A stretch of DNA of 64,000 nucleotides from Octopus vulgaris (GCA_951406725.2 OX597832.1:56730001-56794000), one strand, 5' to 3'. Positions 26,135 through 38,643 are shown, numbered from the stretch's first letter. Notes: a model not told the origin generated them from the letters alone. Numbers and translations are program-made.

Positions 26135-26602
26135 TTTCCACTAAAGGCACAAGGCCTAAAATTTGCAGTGGGGGAGGTTTAGTTGATTATATTGACCTCA
26201 GTGTATAACTGGTACTTATATCATCAACCATAAAAGGATGAAAGGCAAAGTCAGACTTGGCAGAATTTGAACTCAGAACATAAAGACAGACAAAATATCT
26301 CTAAGCATTTTGCCTGGCACGCTAACAATTCTGCCAGCTTGCTGCTTTAACAATAATAATAATAATAATAATAATAATAATCCTTTCTATTATAGACACA
26401 AGGCCTGAAATTTGGGGGCAGGGAGATAGTTGATTACATCGACCCCAATACTCAACAGGTACTTAATTTATCAACCCCAGAAAGATGAAAGGTAAATCTG
26501 AACTCAGAATGCAACTGAATTTGAACTCAGAACGTAGCGATGGGTGAAATACTGCTAAGCATTTCATCCAGTGTGCTAACAATTCGGCCAGCTCACCACC
26601 TT
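26135..26602 (-). mobile_element. Two SINE-B (tail 2) copies
   Basis: CACAAGGCCT(A/G)AAATTTG..GATGAAAGG..GAACTCAGAA..GCCAGCT occurs twice. Confidence 0.85.
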
Positions 26603-26820
26603 AACAACAACAACAACAACAATAATAATAATAATAATAATGATAATAATAATAATAATGATGATAAAATTTTGATGAGGCAGTCTTAGATATACCATGG
26701 TTGAAAATAAGATGTGAAGGCCATGGCAAGAACAATTTTGACACTGACCTGGAAGATTTACAACAGTAGCAACAACATTAATTGGTTCTGAAGTGTAGTG
26801 ACCCCTCCATTTCTTAGTAG

Positions 26821-26871
26821 CTTTCGATGACATTGTGTCTGATGCAAGAGAGAAGACCCAACCTGCTGAAC
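26821..26871 (+). CDS. Candidate 51 nt internal exon, phase 1-1, (A)FDDIVSDAREKTQPAE; unverified
   Basis: GTGAC-CCCTCCATTTCTTAGTAG| acceptor and AAC|GTAAGA donor; length is a multiple of 3; lies in non-repetitive sequence; no homology recognised. Confidence 0.2.
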
Positions 26872-27819
26872 GTAAGAAGCTTAGTGTTTATTACACTCCA
26901 GCGCTTGGCTGCAGATTAGAGGTGAGCGAGATGCAGTTACTAGATTAAGCAATAGTTTTTAAGACTCAATGGGCTTGCATGATCGCATCTATATTTCTGC
27001 TGATGCGTAAAACGACTAGGGAGTTATTAGAATCACGGCTGAAATAAAGGTAATGCTCTGTGTTCGGTATACCGTGAGACAAAGGAAACCTCCTTCTTTC
27101 GAGTGAGAAAAAGAGAGAAAAAAACACCAACAAAGGAAGAAATAAATAAACAAACAAACAAACACTGCCTATAATGTTTAGTTTCTGCATTGCCTCACGG
27201 CACGCAAAAACATATACTTTTCTGCTACCGTTTTTTTTTCTTCTTTCGTGTGTGTTTTCGGTTAAATTCTCAATCTGATTCATACAAAATATAGACACTT
27301 ACTAACATACCAATTCTAGCGACTATCATAATATTCGCAGAAGTATAGCATAAAAATAATATCCAATTCCATTAGAAACTTGAAGCAGAACTTTTCCTTC
27401 CTCCAAGATATTAACATAGTTTTATAGTATATTTTACAAGATTACCGAAGCAGCCGAGCCTTTTCCTCTCGCTGCTCACTCAAATATGTATGCACACATG
27501 CGTGCATGCATGCACACGTGTTTATGTGCGTGTGAAATGTCTATATGCATGTGTTGGTGTAATTCGGTTAGCCGAATATTGTTTCTCTGCTTCCAAAACA
27601 GCCTCCGAAGAACACGAATTAGAGTATTTCTATTATGTAGTTTACACAACATTGGTGAGATTATTGGCTGCTGTTTTATAAGCAATATTGAGTTTAAAAT
27701 GTCTGTTGGAACCAGTTGACTACTTCTGGAGATTTCCAGCTTCGGTGGGGGGGGATATTGTTGTTGTTGTTGTTGTTGTTGTTGCTGTTGTTGTTGTTAT
27801 TTTTTAATATTGGTTGGGG

Positions 27820-29360
27820 GTGATGTTGGTGTTGGTGGTGGAGCTGTTGGAGACAGAGATGGCGGTGGTGTGAGAGATGGTTGGTGGTGGTGGTGGTGGT
27901 GTTGGAGGTAGTGTTGGTGATGGTGATGGAGGTGGTGCTGGAGATGGTGGTGGTAGTGCTGGAGATGGTGGTGGTGGTAGTGCTGGTGATGGAGAGGGTG
28001 ATGACAGTGGTGTGGGAATTGGTGGTGGTGGTAGTGGTGATGGTGTTGGAGGTAGTGCTGGTGATGGAGAGGGTGATGACAGTGGTGTGGGAGTTGGTGG
28101 CGGTGGTAGTGGTGATGGTGTTGGAGGTAGTGCTGGTGATGGAGAGGGTGATGACAGTTGTGTGCGAGTTGGTGGTGGTGGTAGTGGTGATGGTGATAGT
28201 GATGGTGGTGGTGTTACAGATGGTGATGGTGTTGGAGATAGTAGTGGGTGGTAGTGGTGGTGTTGGAGGTAGTGTTGGTGATAGAGATGGTGATGGTGTT
28301 GGAGATGGGTGTTGGAGATGGTGATGGTGATAGTGATGGTGGTGTTACAGATGGTGATGGTGTTGGAGATAGTAGTGGGTGGTAGTGGTGGTGTTGGAGG
28401 TAGTGTTGGTGATAGAGATGGTGATGGTGTTGGAGATGGGTGTTGGAGATGGTGATGTGGTAGTGGTGGTGGTGGTGGTAGTGTTGGAGGTAGTGTTTGG
28501 TGATGGAGGTGGTGTTAGAGGTAGTGGTGGTAGTGCTGGAGATGGTGGTGGTGGTAGTGGTGGTGTTGGTGGTAGTGCTGGTGATGGAGAGCTGGTGATG
28601 ATGGGTGATGACAGTGGTGTGGGAGTTGGTGGTGGTGATAGTGATAGTGATGGTGTTGGAGATGGTGATGGTGGTGGTGTTTTAGATGGTGATGGTGTTG
28701 GAGATAGTAGTGGGTGGTAGTGGTGGTGGTGATGGTGTTGGAGGTAGTGTTGGTGATGGAGATGGTGATGGTGTTGGAAATGGTGGTGTTGGAGATGGTG
28801 ATGTGGTAGTGGTGGTGGTGTTGAAGGTAGTTTTGGTGATGGAGATAGTGTTGGAGATAGTAGTGGGTGGTAGTGGTGTGGTGTGGTGGTGGTGTTGGAG
28901 GTGGAGATGGTAGTGCTGGTGGTAGAAGAGATGGTGGTGCTGGTGGTGGTGTTGGAGATGGCTTTAGTGGTAGTGTTTGTGGTGGATACAGCAGTGGTGG
29001 TGGCGGTGGTGGTATTGGTGTTAACAATCATCTCAGTATTAGTGACTGTTATAGTGGTGTTAGTGTAGATGGTAATGATGGTGCTGGGGGTGGTGGTGGT
29101 GCTGGTGGTGGTGTTGTTGGTAGTAGTGGTAGTGGTGCAGATGGTGACAACAGTGTTAGGTGATGGTCATGGAGATGATGGTTGCGGTGGTGTTGCTAGA
29201 GGTGGTGCCGATCGTTTCATTGGTGAAAGTGCTTGTTGTAGTGGTGGTGGTAGTTGCTGTGATAATGGTATTGGTGGTAGCGTTGGGGGTGATACTTGTG
29301 GTGGTACTGAAGTGGTTGCGGTAGTGGTATTGATAGTGGTGGTAGTGGTGGTGGTGTCGG
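27820..29360. repeat. Long (GGT)/(GAT)/(AGT) compound tract with higher-order duplications
   Basis: AGTGCTGGTGATGGAGAGGGTGATGACAGT recurs at 75 bp spacing (~27979, 28054, 28129). Confidence 0.9.
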
Positions 29361-29469
29361 CGCTGCTAGAAAAATGGTTATTGACTTTATAAGAAATCAA
29401 TGAATGGATATTACAATAGCTGCTGTCTTCGTTCTGTTCAATAATCAACGAGAACAACTGACGGATGGG

Positions 29470-30145
29470 CCTGATAGGTAGACAGGTAGACAGGTAGACA
29501 CACAGACAGAAAGGCAGACAGACACAGACAGATAGGTAGATAGACAGACACATAGGCAGGCAGAAAGACACTCATTCAGGCAGACTGAGGCTGCTAGGCA
29601 GACTGACACACACAGACATGCAGACAGGTAGATAGACACACAGACAGACAGGCAGGGAGACACATAGGCAGACAGGTAGACAGACATGCAGAGAGACGTA
29701 TAGGCAGGCAGGCAGATACACAGACAGGCAGACACATAGGGAGACAGGTAGACAGATACACAGACATACAGGCAGACAGACAGACAGGTAGAGAGACATA
29801 GAGACGGGCAGACACACACACAGACAGGCAGATAGACACACCGACAGGCAGATGGACATGCAGACAGACACACTGACAAGCAGACAGACAGGTAGACAGA
29901 CACAGCGATGGTTAGACACACACACAGGCAGACAGACACACTGACAAGCAGATGGACATGCAGAGAGACACACAGACAAGCAGACAGACAGGCAGACAGA
30001 CACACAGAGAGGCAGACAGACACACTGACAAACAGATGGACATGCAGACAGACAGGCAGACAGACAGGTAGACAGACACATAGACAGGCAGACAGACACA
30101 CAGGCAGGCAGACAGACATACAGACAGACATGCAGGTAGACAGAG
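29470..30145. repeat. Degenerate (GACA)/(GGCA)n tract with an internal duplication
   Basis: Direct observation. Confidence 0.9.
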
Positions 30146-31119
30146 TGAAATAACTCCCAACAAGTACGCAAACCAATATATCTACCATACAGAACACCAG
30201 AAGCTAACCTGGTTACAGGACTTCAATGATAAGCAAAACAAAGAACAGATAAATAATGTAAATAATTATAAATGCCCCCCAAAAATCTAAGTAAATAAAA
30301 TAAAAGCGTTATATAAAAAAATATCAAAGAACATAATAATTGTGGAATTCATTCTTTTTGGCATTGATTTTCATGTAGAAAAATTTTCTGCTCTCAATAT
30401 AGCTTCTGTTTCGGGTTATTATCTAATTTCTTTCTGAGTTATTTATCTGAATTTCCTAATTTACTTCAGGAATAATCATAAATGGTCTGTTGATATTTAA
30501 AATCTCTTATTCAAATAAATAAGAATGCCATTGCAATAAAATAACTGATATAAAAGAGATAAATGATGAATAAATATAAATATGTATATATGTATATATA
30601 TGAAAAAATGTATTTGTAGAAAAAAAATTAAAAAACAAAAGCGATTACAAAACAAGGAAAAACAAAGCAAAACAAAACAAAACAAAAACGAGATAAGTTA
30701 TTTTATGAAATAGTTTTATAATTAATTCAATTTTCCAGAATTTCAAAGAGAAAAGCTTCCATTCAACATTGATTGAAATTCTTCGAATTAGATTTTGAAA
30801 TGAAAAATGGTTCAGTTTAGAACAGAATTTTTGCAGGAATAAATTCAATGAAAATCAAAGAATTCTAGTTGGAACATTAAACTCCACAGATACATTTTAA
30901 AACCAATGTAATGCAGCTTTGGAAATAAAATTTCTTCATATTTAATAAAATTTGTATCAAAGCTAGAAGGAATTTGGCTTGAATTTTATTGGTTGTTGTT
31001 TTGAATTCGGTTGTCCTGGAATGTCTTAAGACTGGACTGATTTGAGTAGGAATGACAGATAGATAAATAGGGTGACAGAGGGACAAACAGATATATATAG
31101 ACAAACTGACACACGGATA

Positions 31120-31131
31120 GCTAGCTAGATT

Positions 31132-31181
<50 letters not shown>

Positions 31182-31422
31182 CAGATAGATAGATAGATAG
31201 ATAGATAGATCAATAGATAGACAGACAGATATATAGATAGATAGATAGACAGACGGAGAGATAGACACACAGATAGATAGATAGATTGACAGATGGATAG
31301 ATTGACAGATGGATAGATAGACAGACAGACAGGCAGACAGATAGACAGACAGATGGATAGATAGACATACAGACAGTTAGATAGACAGGCAGGTAGGTAG
31401 ATAGATCGATAGACAGACAGAC

Positions 31423-31481
<59 letters not shown>

Positions 31482-31570
31482 CAGAGAGAGATAGACAGAC
31501 AGACAGACAGATAGATAGACAGACAGACAGACTTAGATAGATAGACAGACAGCTAGGTAGATAGATAGAT
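31120..31570. repeat. (GATA)/(GACA)n tract
   Basis: Direct observation. Confidence 0.95.
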
Positions 31571-31582
31571 AAACAATGTATA

Positions 31583-31735
31583 TATGGCACAATGGATATG
31601 AGGCACAATGAGTATGTGGGATAATATACATGAGGAACAAAGGATATGAGGCACAATGGGCATGAGGCACAATGGCATGAGGCACAATGGCATGAGGCAC
31701 AATGGGTTGAGGCACAGTGGGTGTGATGCACAGTG
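31583..31735. repeat. ~15-17 bp minisatellite TGAGGCACAATGG(G)CA, about 8 units
   Basis: GGCACAATG(G/A) recurs through the interval. Confidence 0.85.
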
Positions 31736-31848
31736 GTGAACTACAGGTTATATAGTCATAATTAGTAAAGTGGGTATTAATATATCTAATGCAGTGATAC
31801 TTTAATTAATTAAAATGACATCAATAATGAGAAGAAGCAATCATTATC

Positions 31849-32033
31849 TGAGAAAAACTGCAATAACAGTTAGACTGTGTTTTGCTGATGAGGTTCCACA
31901 GGGCTGAAACGTTCTCATGGTTATCTCTGTATTATAACAAAAGAGAAAACTCACTCCTCACTTCTTTTTGTATTTTTAATTAATTTTAATCAATTTAAAT
32001 TCTAAGGGTTGTCTTCTTTGCTTTTTCTGGACC
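31849..32033 (+). mobile_element. ~185 bp repeat with a hammerhead-like core (HH3 family, copy 1)
   Basis: CTGATGA-GGTTC-CACA-GGGCT-GAAAC at 31885-31910; near-identical inverted copy with the same boundaries at 43067-43253. Confidence 0.6.
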
Positions 32034-32489
32034 ATAGTTAGTCATCAACATACAAACACAGTCTTTTAATCATCAATAAAAGAAGGCTGTAAAAATTATA
32101 ATTATAACCTTTGATGATTACAGAGATAAAATTTGTTGGTTCACTACAATTATGCATGCTACCACCCACTTTACTACTTGTTTTTCATGCAGCGGGCATC
32201 CCTGAGTATTCCTGTTCTCCCTCTCTCTCTCTCCATTCTTTCTCTACGGCCTTTGATCTCATGACTATATTATCTTATTATTACTGCTTAAATCTTATTA
32301 CTGTTAACATGTTTTGCTATTTAGCAAAGCAGTTAATTCTCTTTGCCCCAATTTATTCCCCCCCCCCCCCAACAAAGACCTGCCTTCCTACTCACACCCA
32401 CTCCCTTTCTTCCTCCCTCTATCTCTTCAGCAAACAAACAAGTGTTACTCCTATTTCGGGCAGTTAGCAATAGGGGAGTATCCAGCTGT

Positions 32490-34255
32490 TAAAACAGATA
32501 ACTCCCACTTATTTCCAGTACAGAAAAATTAAAATTTAAAACAGAAATTTAAAGAAAAAAAAAACAAAATACATAATTACAAAATAATTATATTACACTG
32601 GACGAGATCGTCAAATAGATTGTCATTAGGAATGGCACTAAACATCATTAATAAACAAAAGACAGTTAATGAGAATTAGGAAAACCACCACCACCAACAC
32701 CATCACCGTTGTCATCATCATCGTTGTTATTTTAACATCTATGTATCCATGACAGCATGGGTTAGATGGAATTTGTTGAGGCAGAGTCTTTTTTTTTTAC
32801 AGCTGGGTGTTCTTCCTGTTGCCAAACCTTACTTGTTTCCATGTAATATTTCCAAAGTGGCAAGGTGGCAGAATTGTTAGCACACTGGGCAATAACGATG
32901 CTTAGTGGCATTTCATCTGTTTTTACATTCTGAGTTCAAATTCTGCTGAGGTCGACTTTGCTTTTCATTCAGGATATTAATCGTCTGGAAGCCGTTCAGC
33001 GACGTGCAATCAAAAGAATACCCTCCATCAGGCATTTGCCATATTCTAAATGCCTTACTTCCCAGGGCATGGACACATTGAAACTCCAACATCTGGCAGC
33101 TGACTTGGCAGACACCCATAAAATTATTAACCATCTTACAAACGATAACTCTGAGCACCTTTTCAAACTCCACCTGTCTAGCACCCGTGGACATATTTAC
33201 AAAGTCAGAAAACAGCACAGCTCCCATAACTTTAGGAAACATTTTTTCACGCTGAGAGTTGCTGAAGCATGGAACAAACTGCCGGCATCAGTTGTTAGTT
33301 GTCGGAGCACTGCATCCTTCAAAACTTCCATGCTTACTGAGATTCGCCAATACTACACCTGATTTTCTCCTCTCCATACATGCACAAGCATGTATCTGAC
33401 TCATACATTGTTCGCTTTCCAGACATTTTTACATTACTGCATATACTTTATACGCACTTTCTGACAAGTTGTGGTGCACCTGAGCACTGTATACAATAAT
33501 TTCATTATTATTATATTATTATTTATCCTTTTTGGAGGTTGATAAAATAAGTACCAGTTGAACACTGGGGTCATAATCAATTTAACCCCTTTCCTGAAAT
33601 AGCTGGCCTTTTTGGCTACATTTGAAATCAGTATTTTCTCATAGTCCGGTCTTAATAGACAAAATGACAGTTAATGAAAAACACAAAATTACCCATATCA
33701 TCATTATCATCATCATTTTAATGTCCACTTTCCAAGTTTGTATGGGTCAGACAGAATTTGTTGAGGTAGATTTTTTTTACAACTGGATGCTTTTCCTGTT
33801 GCCAACCCACCTCTATTTCCAAGCAAGGTAATATTTCCACATGGACAGACACATTTTCCCACAAAACAGTTAACTCTCACTTATTTACAGTACAAAAAAA
33901 TTAAAATTTAAAACAGAAATTTAAAGAAAAAAAACAACAAAATACATAATTACAAAATAATTATATTACACTGGACAAGATCGTCAAATAGATTGTCATT
34001 AGGAATGGCACTAAACATCATTAATAAACAAAAGACAGTTAATGAGAATTACAAAAACCACCACCACTACCACCACCCACATCATCATCATTATCATCAT
34101 CATTTTAATGTCCACTTTCCAAGTTTGTATGGGTCAGACAGAATTTGTTGAGGCAGATTTTTTTTACAACTGGATGCTCTTCCTGTTGCCAACCCACCTC
34201 TATTTCCAAGCAAGGTAATATTTCCGCATGGACAGACACGTTTTTCCACAAAAGA
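32490..34255 (+). repeat. Local mosaic duplication
   Basis: 32490-32700 matches 33865-34070 (unique sequence), and 33700-33865 matches 34085-34255. Confidence 0.85.
32969..33520 (+). pseudogene. CR1-group LINE ORF2 C-terminus plus 3' UTR with (ATT)n tail, inserted into a SINE-B
   Basis: QDINRLEAVQRRAIKRI...TRGHIYKVRK....RKHFFTLRVAEAWNKLP...FK; SINE-B is broken at GCTTTTCATTC and resumes at ATCCTTTTTGGAGGTTGATAAA. Confidence 0.92.
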
Positions 34256-34383
34256 CTGGAAACAGACAATATATCTGGGATGAAGCTGATGCTTGCTCAC
34301 AACTATCACGTGGTGTCAAGACAAGGCACAAATACAGACTGACACAATCACTTGTATAGAAAGTGTTTCTTTCTGTCAATACC

Positions 34384-34793
34384 TATTTCTTTACTGCCCA
34401 CAAGGGGCTAAACACAGAGGGGACAAACAAGGACAGACAAACGGATTAAGTCTATATTGACCCCAGTGCGTAACTGGTACTTAATTGCTGTTACGTTGTG
34501 AGTTCAAATTCTGCCGAGGTCGACTTTGCCTTTCATCCTTTTGGGGTCGATAAAATAAGTACCAGTTACGCACTGGGGTCGATGTAATCGACTTAATACC
34601 TATGTCTGTCCTTGTTTGTCCCCTCTATGTTTAGCCCTTGTGGGTAATAAAGAAATAGGTACTTAATTTATCGACCTCGGAAGGATGAAAGGCAAAGTCA
34701 ACCTCGGTGGAATTTGAACTCAGAACGTAAAGACAGACGAAATACCGCTAAGCATTTCGCCCGGCGTGCTAATAACTCTGCCAGCTCACCGCC
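34384..34793 (-). mobile_element. SINE-B containing an antisense nested SINE-B (34487-34657, +)
   Basis: Outer TSD CTTTCTGTCAATACC (34369-34383 / 34793-34807); inner TSD GGTACTTAATT (34476-34486 / 34658-34668). Confidence 0.92.
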
Positions 34794-34797
34794 TTTC

Positions 34798-35432
34798 TGT
34801 CAATACCATGTACCTGACACAAGGCCAGATGCAAACTAAATGCATATAGCCATAGATAGCAATTTAGCTTGCGTCTGGCCTTCTTTCAGGTATGTGGTAT
34901 CGACAAGTCACAAAAATGATGAAACATTAATATTTACTGCTCCTGTAACAGGGCCTGATGTGAGTTATCTCACTTGTCTATGAGTTCCAGGTGTTTTAAC
35001 TTCAGGCAAATTGATGAGAATATAATCTCTTACACCCATAAAGTGCAGCCTGCCCACGAACTGGCAAAACACATACATTGTGTATGTGTGTTTGATATTG
35101 TTTGTATCCCTTGATCAGCTTCTCATTCATATTTGAATTTTTTCTGTGGTGTAAAATGTTGGGACATACCAGCACATGGTTCCCACACCATTTTGCATAG
35201 AGCCATAGATAACAGTTTAGCTTGCATCTAGCCTTGTTTCAGGCACGTGGTATTGACAAGTCACAAAAATGACAAAACATCAATTTCTACTACTCCTGTA
35301 ATGGGACCTGATGCAAGTTATCTCCCTTGTCTATTAATTCCAAGTCTTTTAACACCAGGCAAATCGATGAGAGTATCTTCTCTTAGGTCTATAAATCGCT
35401 GCCTGCCCACGAACTGGCACAATACATACATT
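34798..35432. mobile_element. Unclassified repeat: two diverged ~235 bp direct copies preceded by a short inverted copy
   Basis: 34845-35080 resembles 35198-35432; 34798-34841 is the reverse complement of 34862-34905. Confidence 0.65.
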
Positions 35433-35576
35433 GGCATTAGGAAGGGTATCCAGCTGTAGAAACTCTGCCAGAGCAGATTGGAGCCTGGTGCAGCCATCTG
35501 GTTCGCCAGTCCTCAGTCAAATCGTCCAACCCATGCTAGCATGGAAAGCGGATGTTAAATGATGATGATGATGATG
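35432..35576 (+). mobile_element. Family H 3' end
   Basis: GGCATTAGGAAGGGTATCCAGCTGTAG..GGATGTTAAAT(GAT)n. Confidence 0.8.
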
Positions 35577-37297
35577 TGTATATATATATGTATATATGTG
35601 TGTGTGTGTGTGTATATGTATGCATAAATATGTTATGTATCATATATATGTATGTATATACACACACACATATATAGTCATATATGAATATATACATTCA
35701 TAGATTTATGCATATATACACACACATATACATATATACACACATACACTCACATATGCACACACACACACAGAGTTCTATTGGGGAAGTGCTTTTCAGT
35801 TTTACTTTAAAGAATTGAGCTGGTGGATGGACTAAACATGGCTGCAGGCCACATGTTTGACACTTACAAATTGAAGCGATTCGCAAGAAAAGACATACAG
35901 ACAGTGAAAACACTGAATTATTTATATAGTAATTTATTTCTGACAGTGTTTAAAATTTGTTTTATATTCTTGAGGCAGGCATAATACATTTTTGTTAGTG
36001 ACTGTTTTAAAACAACGTATGGGGCATCAAATGCTTAAAGTATGATATGCTACTCTCAGCTCAATTTATCTGCAATGTACGAAATGCAATCGTTCTTTAT
36101 ATATAACTATTTTAGGTTGTATAAAACCCCTTATATAATAAAACTCTTGTTCCAATATCCAGTAACTTTTATTCGTCTTTTATTCTATCAGGTGGGGGGG
36201 GGAAGGGGCATCCATTTTAGTAAGGGGAATAAATGGAAAATAATTTATTTTCTGTTCTTTATAAATTTTTTTTTTACTCTTATTTTTATTTTTTGGTCAA
36301 TACAGCATTCATGAATATGTATTGTGTACTTGAATATTTGGTGCTAAAGGCAACCAAATCATGTATTGATTTATGAAAACGGTTTCTTTGCACAAAAAAG
36401 ACTATCTGAACATAATCACAAAGTTATTGGCATAGAATAGTTGATATAGAGTTCAACTAGAGAGCAACAGATATAATTATTGTATAGCTTTGTCAATGCA
36501 GAGTTGAACAGTAGAGAAACAAATAGAATTGAAGAACAGTTGCTGGTATAGACTGCTTTGGTTTACAATTGAAACACTATGTGACGAACATAATTACAAA
36601 TCTATCGGTACAGCCAGGTTACTGCATGGAGCAAAAAGAGCAATAAAAATTAATTACCAATTTTTGTATAGCGCTTAGAGAATATGAAACTGAATAGTTG
36701 AGCAATAAACCTAAATGACAACAATACCAGTGTTTAACATTTAGAACACAAAAATAAAACAGCCTTTAGTTTGGTGTATTTTACAAGTTTTGTCTAATTT
36801 ATTTATGATAGTGGATTGAATCTGTGTAACTTATCTGCTTAGTTAATGAGGTAATACTCTTATCTTCGTTAGCATCAACCACAGAGTCTGAAACTGATAT
36901 AACGAGTATATTGTATACTGTTGCAGGAATTCTTACATGTGTATTCAATATGTTTAAATAAATACTTTTATAGGTTAAAGCAATATCTTATTTCTAACCA
37001 AAATATTTGGAAATCTCTAAAGTATTTCACGATTTTCTTTCTTTCTTTTTATTATTTTTTTTTGTTTTGAAAGTTTGTAAGTTTTCTCAATGACTAACAA
37101 AATGAAAATAATTATGAAACATAAACAAAGAAGGAATAATTTCTGTGGGTTAAGTTTAAAATGATAGTGAAATGTTTTGGTAACTAGGATACTAATAGCA
37201 AGAGGCTTTCAGGAGATTGCAATTACTCTGAAGAGAAAAAAAATTTTAAATCCTTCTGAAGGTTGTTGTAGAACAACTGAATATCAGGCCCAAGGCT

Positions 37298-37859
37298 TCA
37301 ACCATTTACCATTTAAAATGGCCATATGTGACCCAAATATTCTACATGTTTTATGTTCAAACTGGCCAGATCTGGCCTCTCAAACCTACCCTAAAATGTC
37401 ATCCTAAAAAAAAGCAATCACATCATTGAAACCTCTCAACTATGAGATTGAAACCCCCTTTGAAACTGACCGTGGGATTGCACCTAAAAGTTACCCTCCG
37501 AGACACAAGTCTGGGCAAGGTTGTTTATGGAAGACCAGCAGTGGCCCATGCATACCGGCCTCCCCTCTCCATGCCACCAGTGTTATCCAAAGGAAAGGCA
37601 AAGGCCGATACAGCTTGGCACCAGTGATGTCGCAACTCATTTCTACAGCTGAGTGAAGTGGAACAACGTGAAATAAAGTGTCTTGCTCAAGAACACAACA
37701 CAGCCCAGTCCGGGATTTGAACTCACAACCTCAGGATCATAAACTCGATGCTCTAACCACTGAGCCATGTGCCTTCACTATGAGATGATGTATGATTAAT
37801 TCAAAACAATGTAAATAAATAAGCATTATTTATGACTGAGTAATTTGCTAAAAGGTTAA
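37298..37859. mobile_element. piggyBac-type MITE (family E) interrupted by SINE-D (37449-37776, -)
   Basis: TCAACCATTTACCATTTAAA ... GCTAAAAGGTTAA; SINE flanked by the 10 bp TSD ACTATGAGAT. Confidence 0.8.
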
Positions 37860-38011
37860 ATATACCAAACTTCAGTCCAGTCTATGACCATTCGATAAAT
37901 AGCCATGTAATCATTTGTCATTTTTGTTGGTCAAGGTGAGACTTGACGGAGCAGACGTGGTACAAGATGCTTCATTCATGGCCATCTTCAGATTTTTTCC
38001 CAGGTATAATA

Positions 38012-38220
38012 CAGTAATCCATCACTATATCATGATTTATTATTTAAGCTTACGTCAATCCCTCTGTGGTGTTGTTTTGCATTTATAATAAAATAAATAT
38101 ATACAAATTATAAAGATAATAAAAAAAAATAAACAGTACAGTACCGTTTCTACTTTACGGATTTTCACTTATCGCAGGGGTTTTTGGAACATAACACCTG
38201 CAATAGTCGAGGGGTTACTG
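38012..38220. mobile_element. Tigger/pogo-type MITE
   Basis: TA|CAGTAATCCATCACTATATC ... ATAGTCGAGGGGTTACTG|TA. Confidence 0.7.
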
Positions 38221-38339
38221 TATATCTTGGACTATATTATCAATGTGTACTTTCTGTTTTAAGACAGTAAAGCTGGCAGGTATTTCTTCTAACTCAAGCA
38301 ACCGTGAAGTGAATCATCATTGACTAGACGTAGTCATCA

Positions 38340-38643
38340 CCTGTTCCTTTTGTTTGTTCCTTTTCGAGCCACGCCTGGTTCATAAGGGCCGGTTTCCCGG
38401 TTTCCTTGGCATATAGGTTCCCCACCTGGATGGAATGCCAGTCCATCGTAGGTGAGCTGCAAGATGCAGGAGGAAAGAGCAAGAGAAAGTTGTGGCGAAA
38501 AAGTCAGCAGTTGTTCACCATTACCTTCTGTCGGAGCCACGTGTTTCGCTCATAAACACACACATCGCCTGGTCTGAGATTTGAACCCATGATCCCTCGG
38601 CCGCGAGTCCGCTGCTCTAACCACTAAGCCATGTACCTCCACA
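38340..38643 (-). mobile_element. SINE with a family-C head and a V-domain-like segment
   Basis: Reverse strand GGCTTAGTGGTTAGAGCAGCGGACTCGCGGCCG..CCTACGATGGACTGGCATTCCATCCAGGTGGGGAAC. Confidence 0.8.

Noticed and set aside
27877-29392. Gly/Asp- or Thr/Pro-rich mucin-like ORFs
   Set aside because: Translations of a GGT/GAT tract with shifting frames; no unique coding flanks
31533-31731. Cys/His-repeat peptide HCASCHCASC (metal-binding-like)
   Set aside because: Translation of a minisatellite that runs into (GATA)n
33600-33625. GGCCTTTTTGGCTA resembling the U2 snRNA 5' end
   Set aside because: It sits at the position of the SINE-B tail (GGCCTTGTGCC..AATTTGAAA) and there is no further U2 similarity
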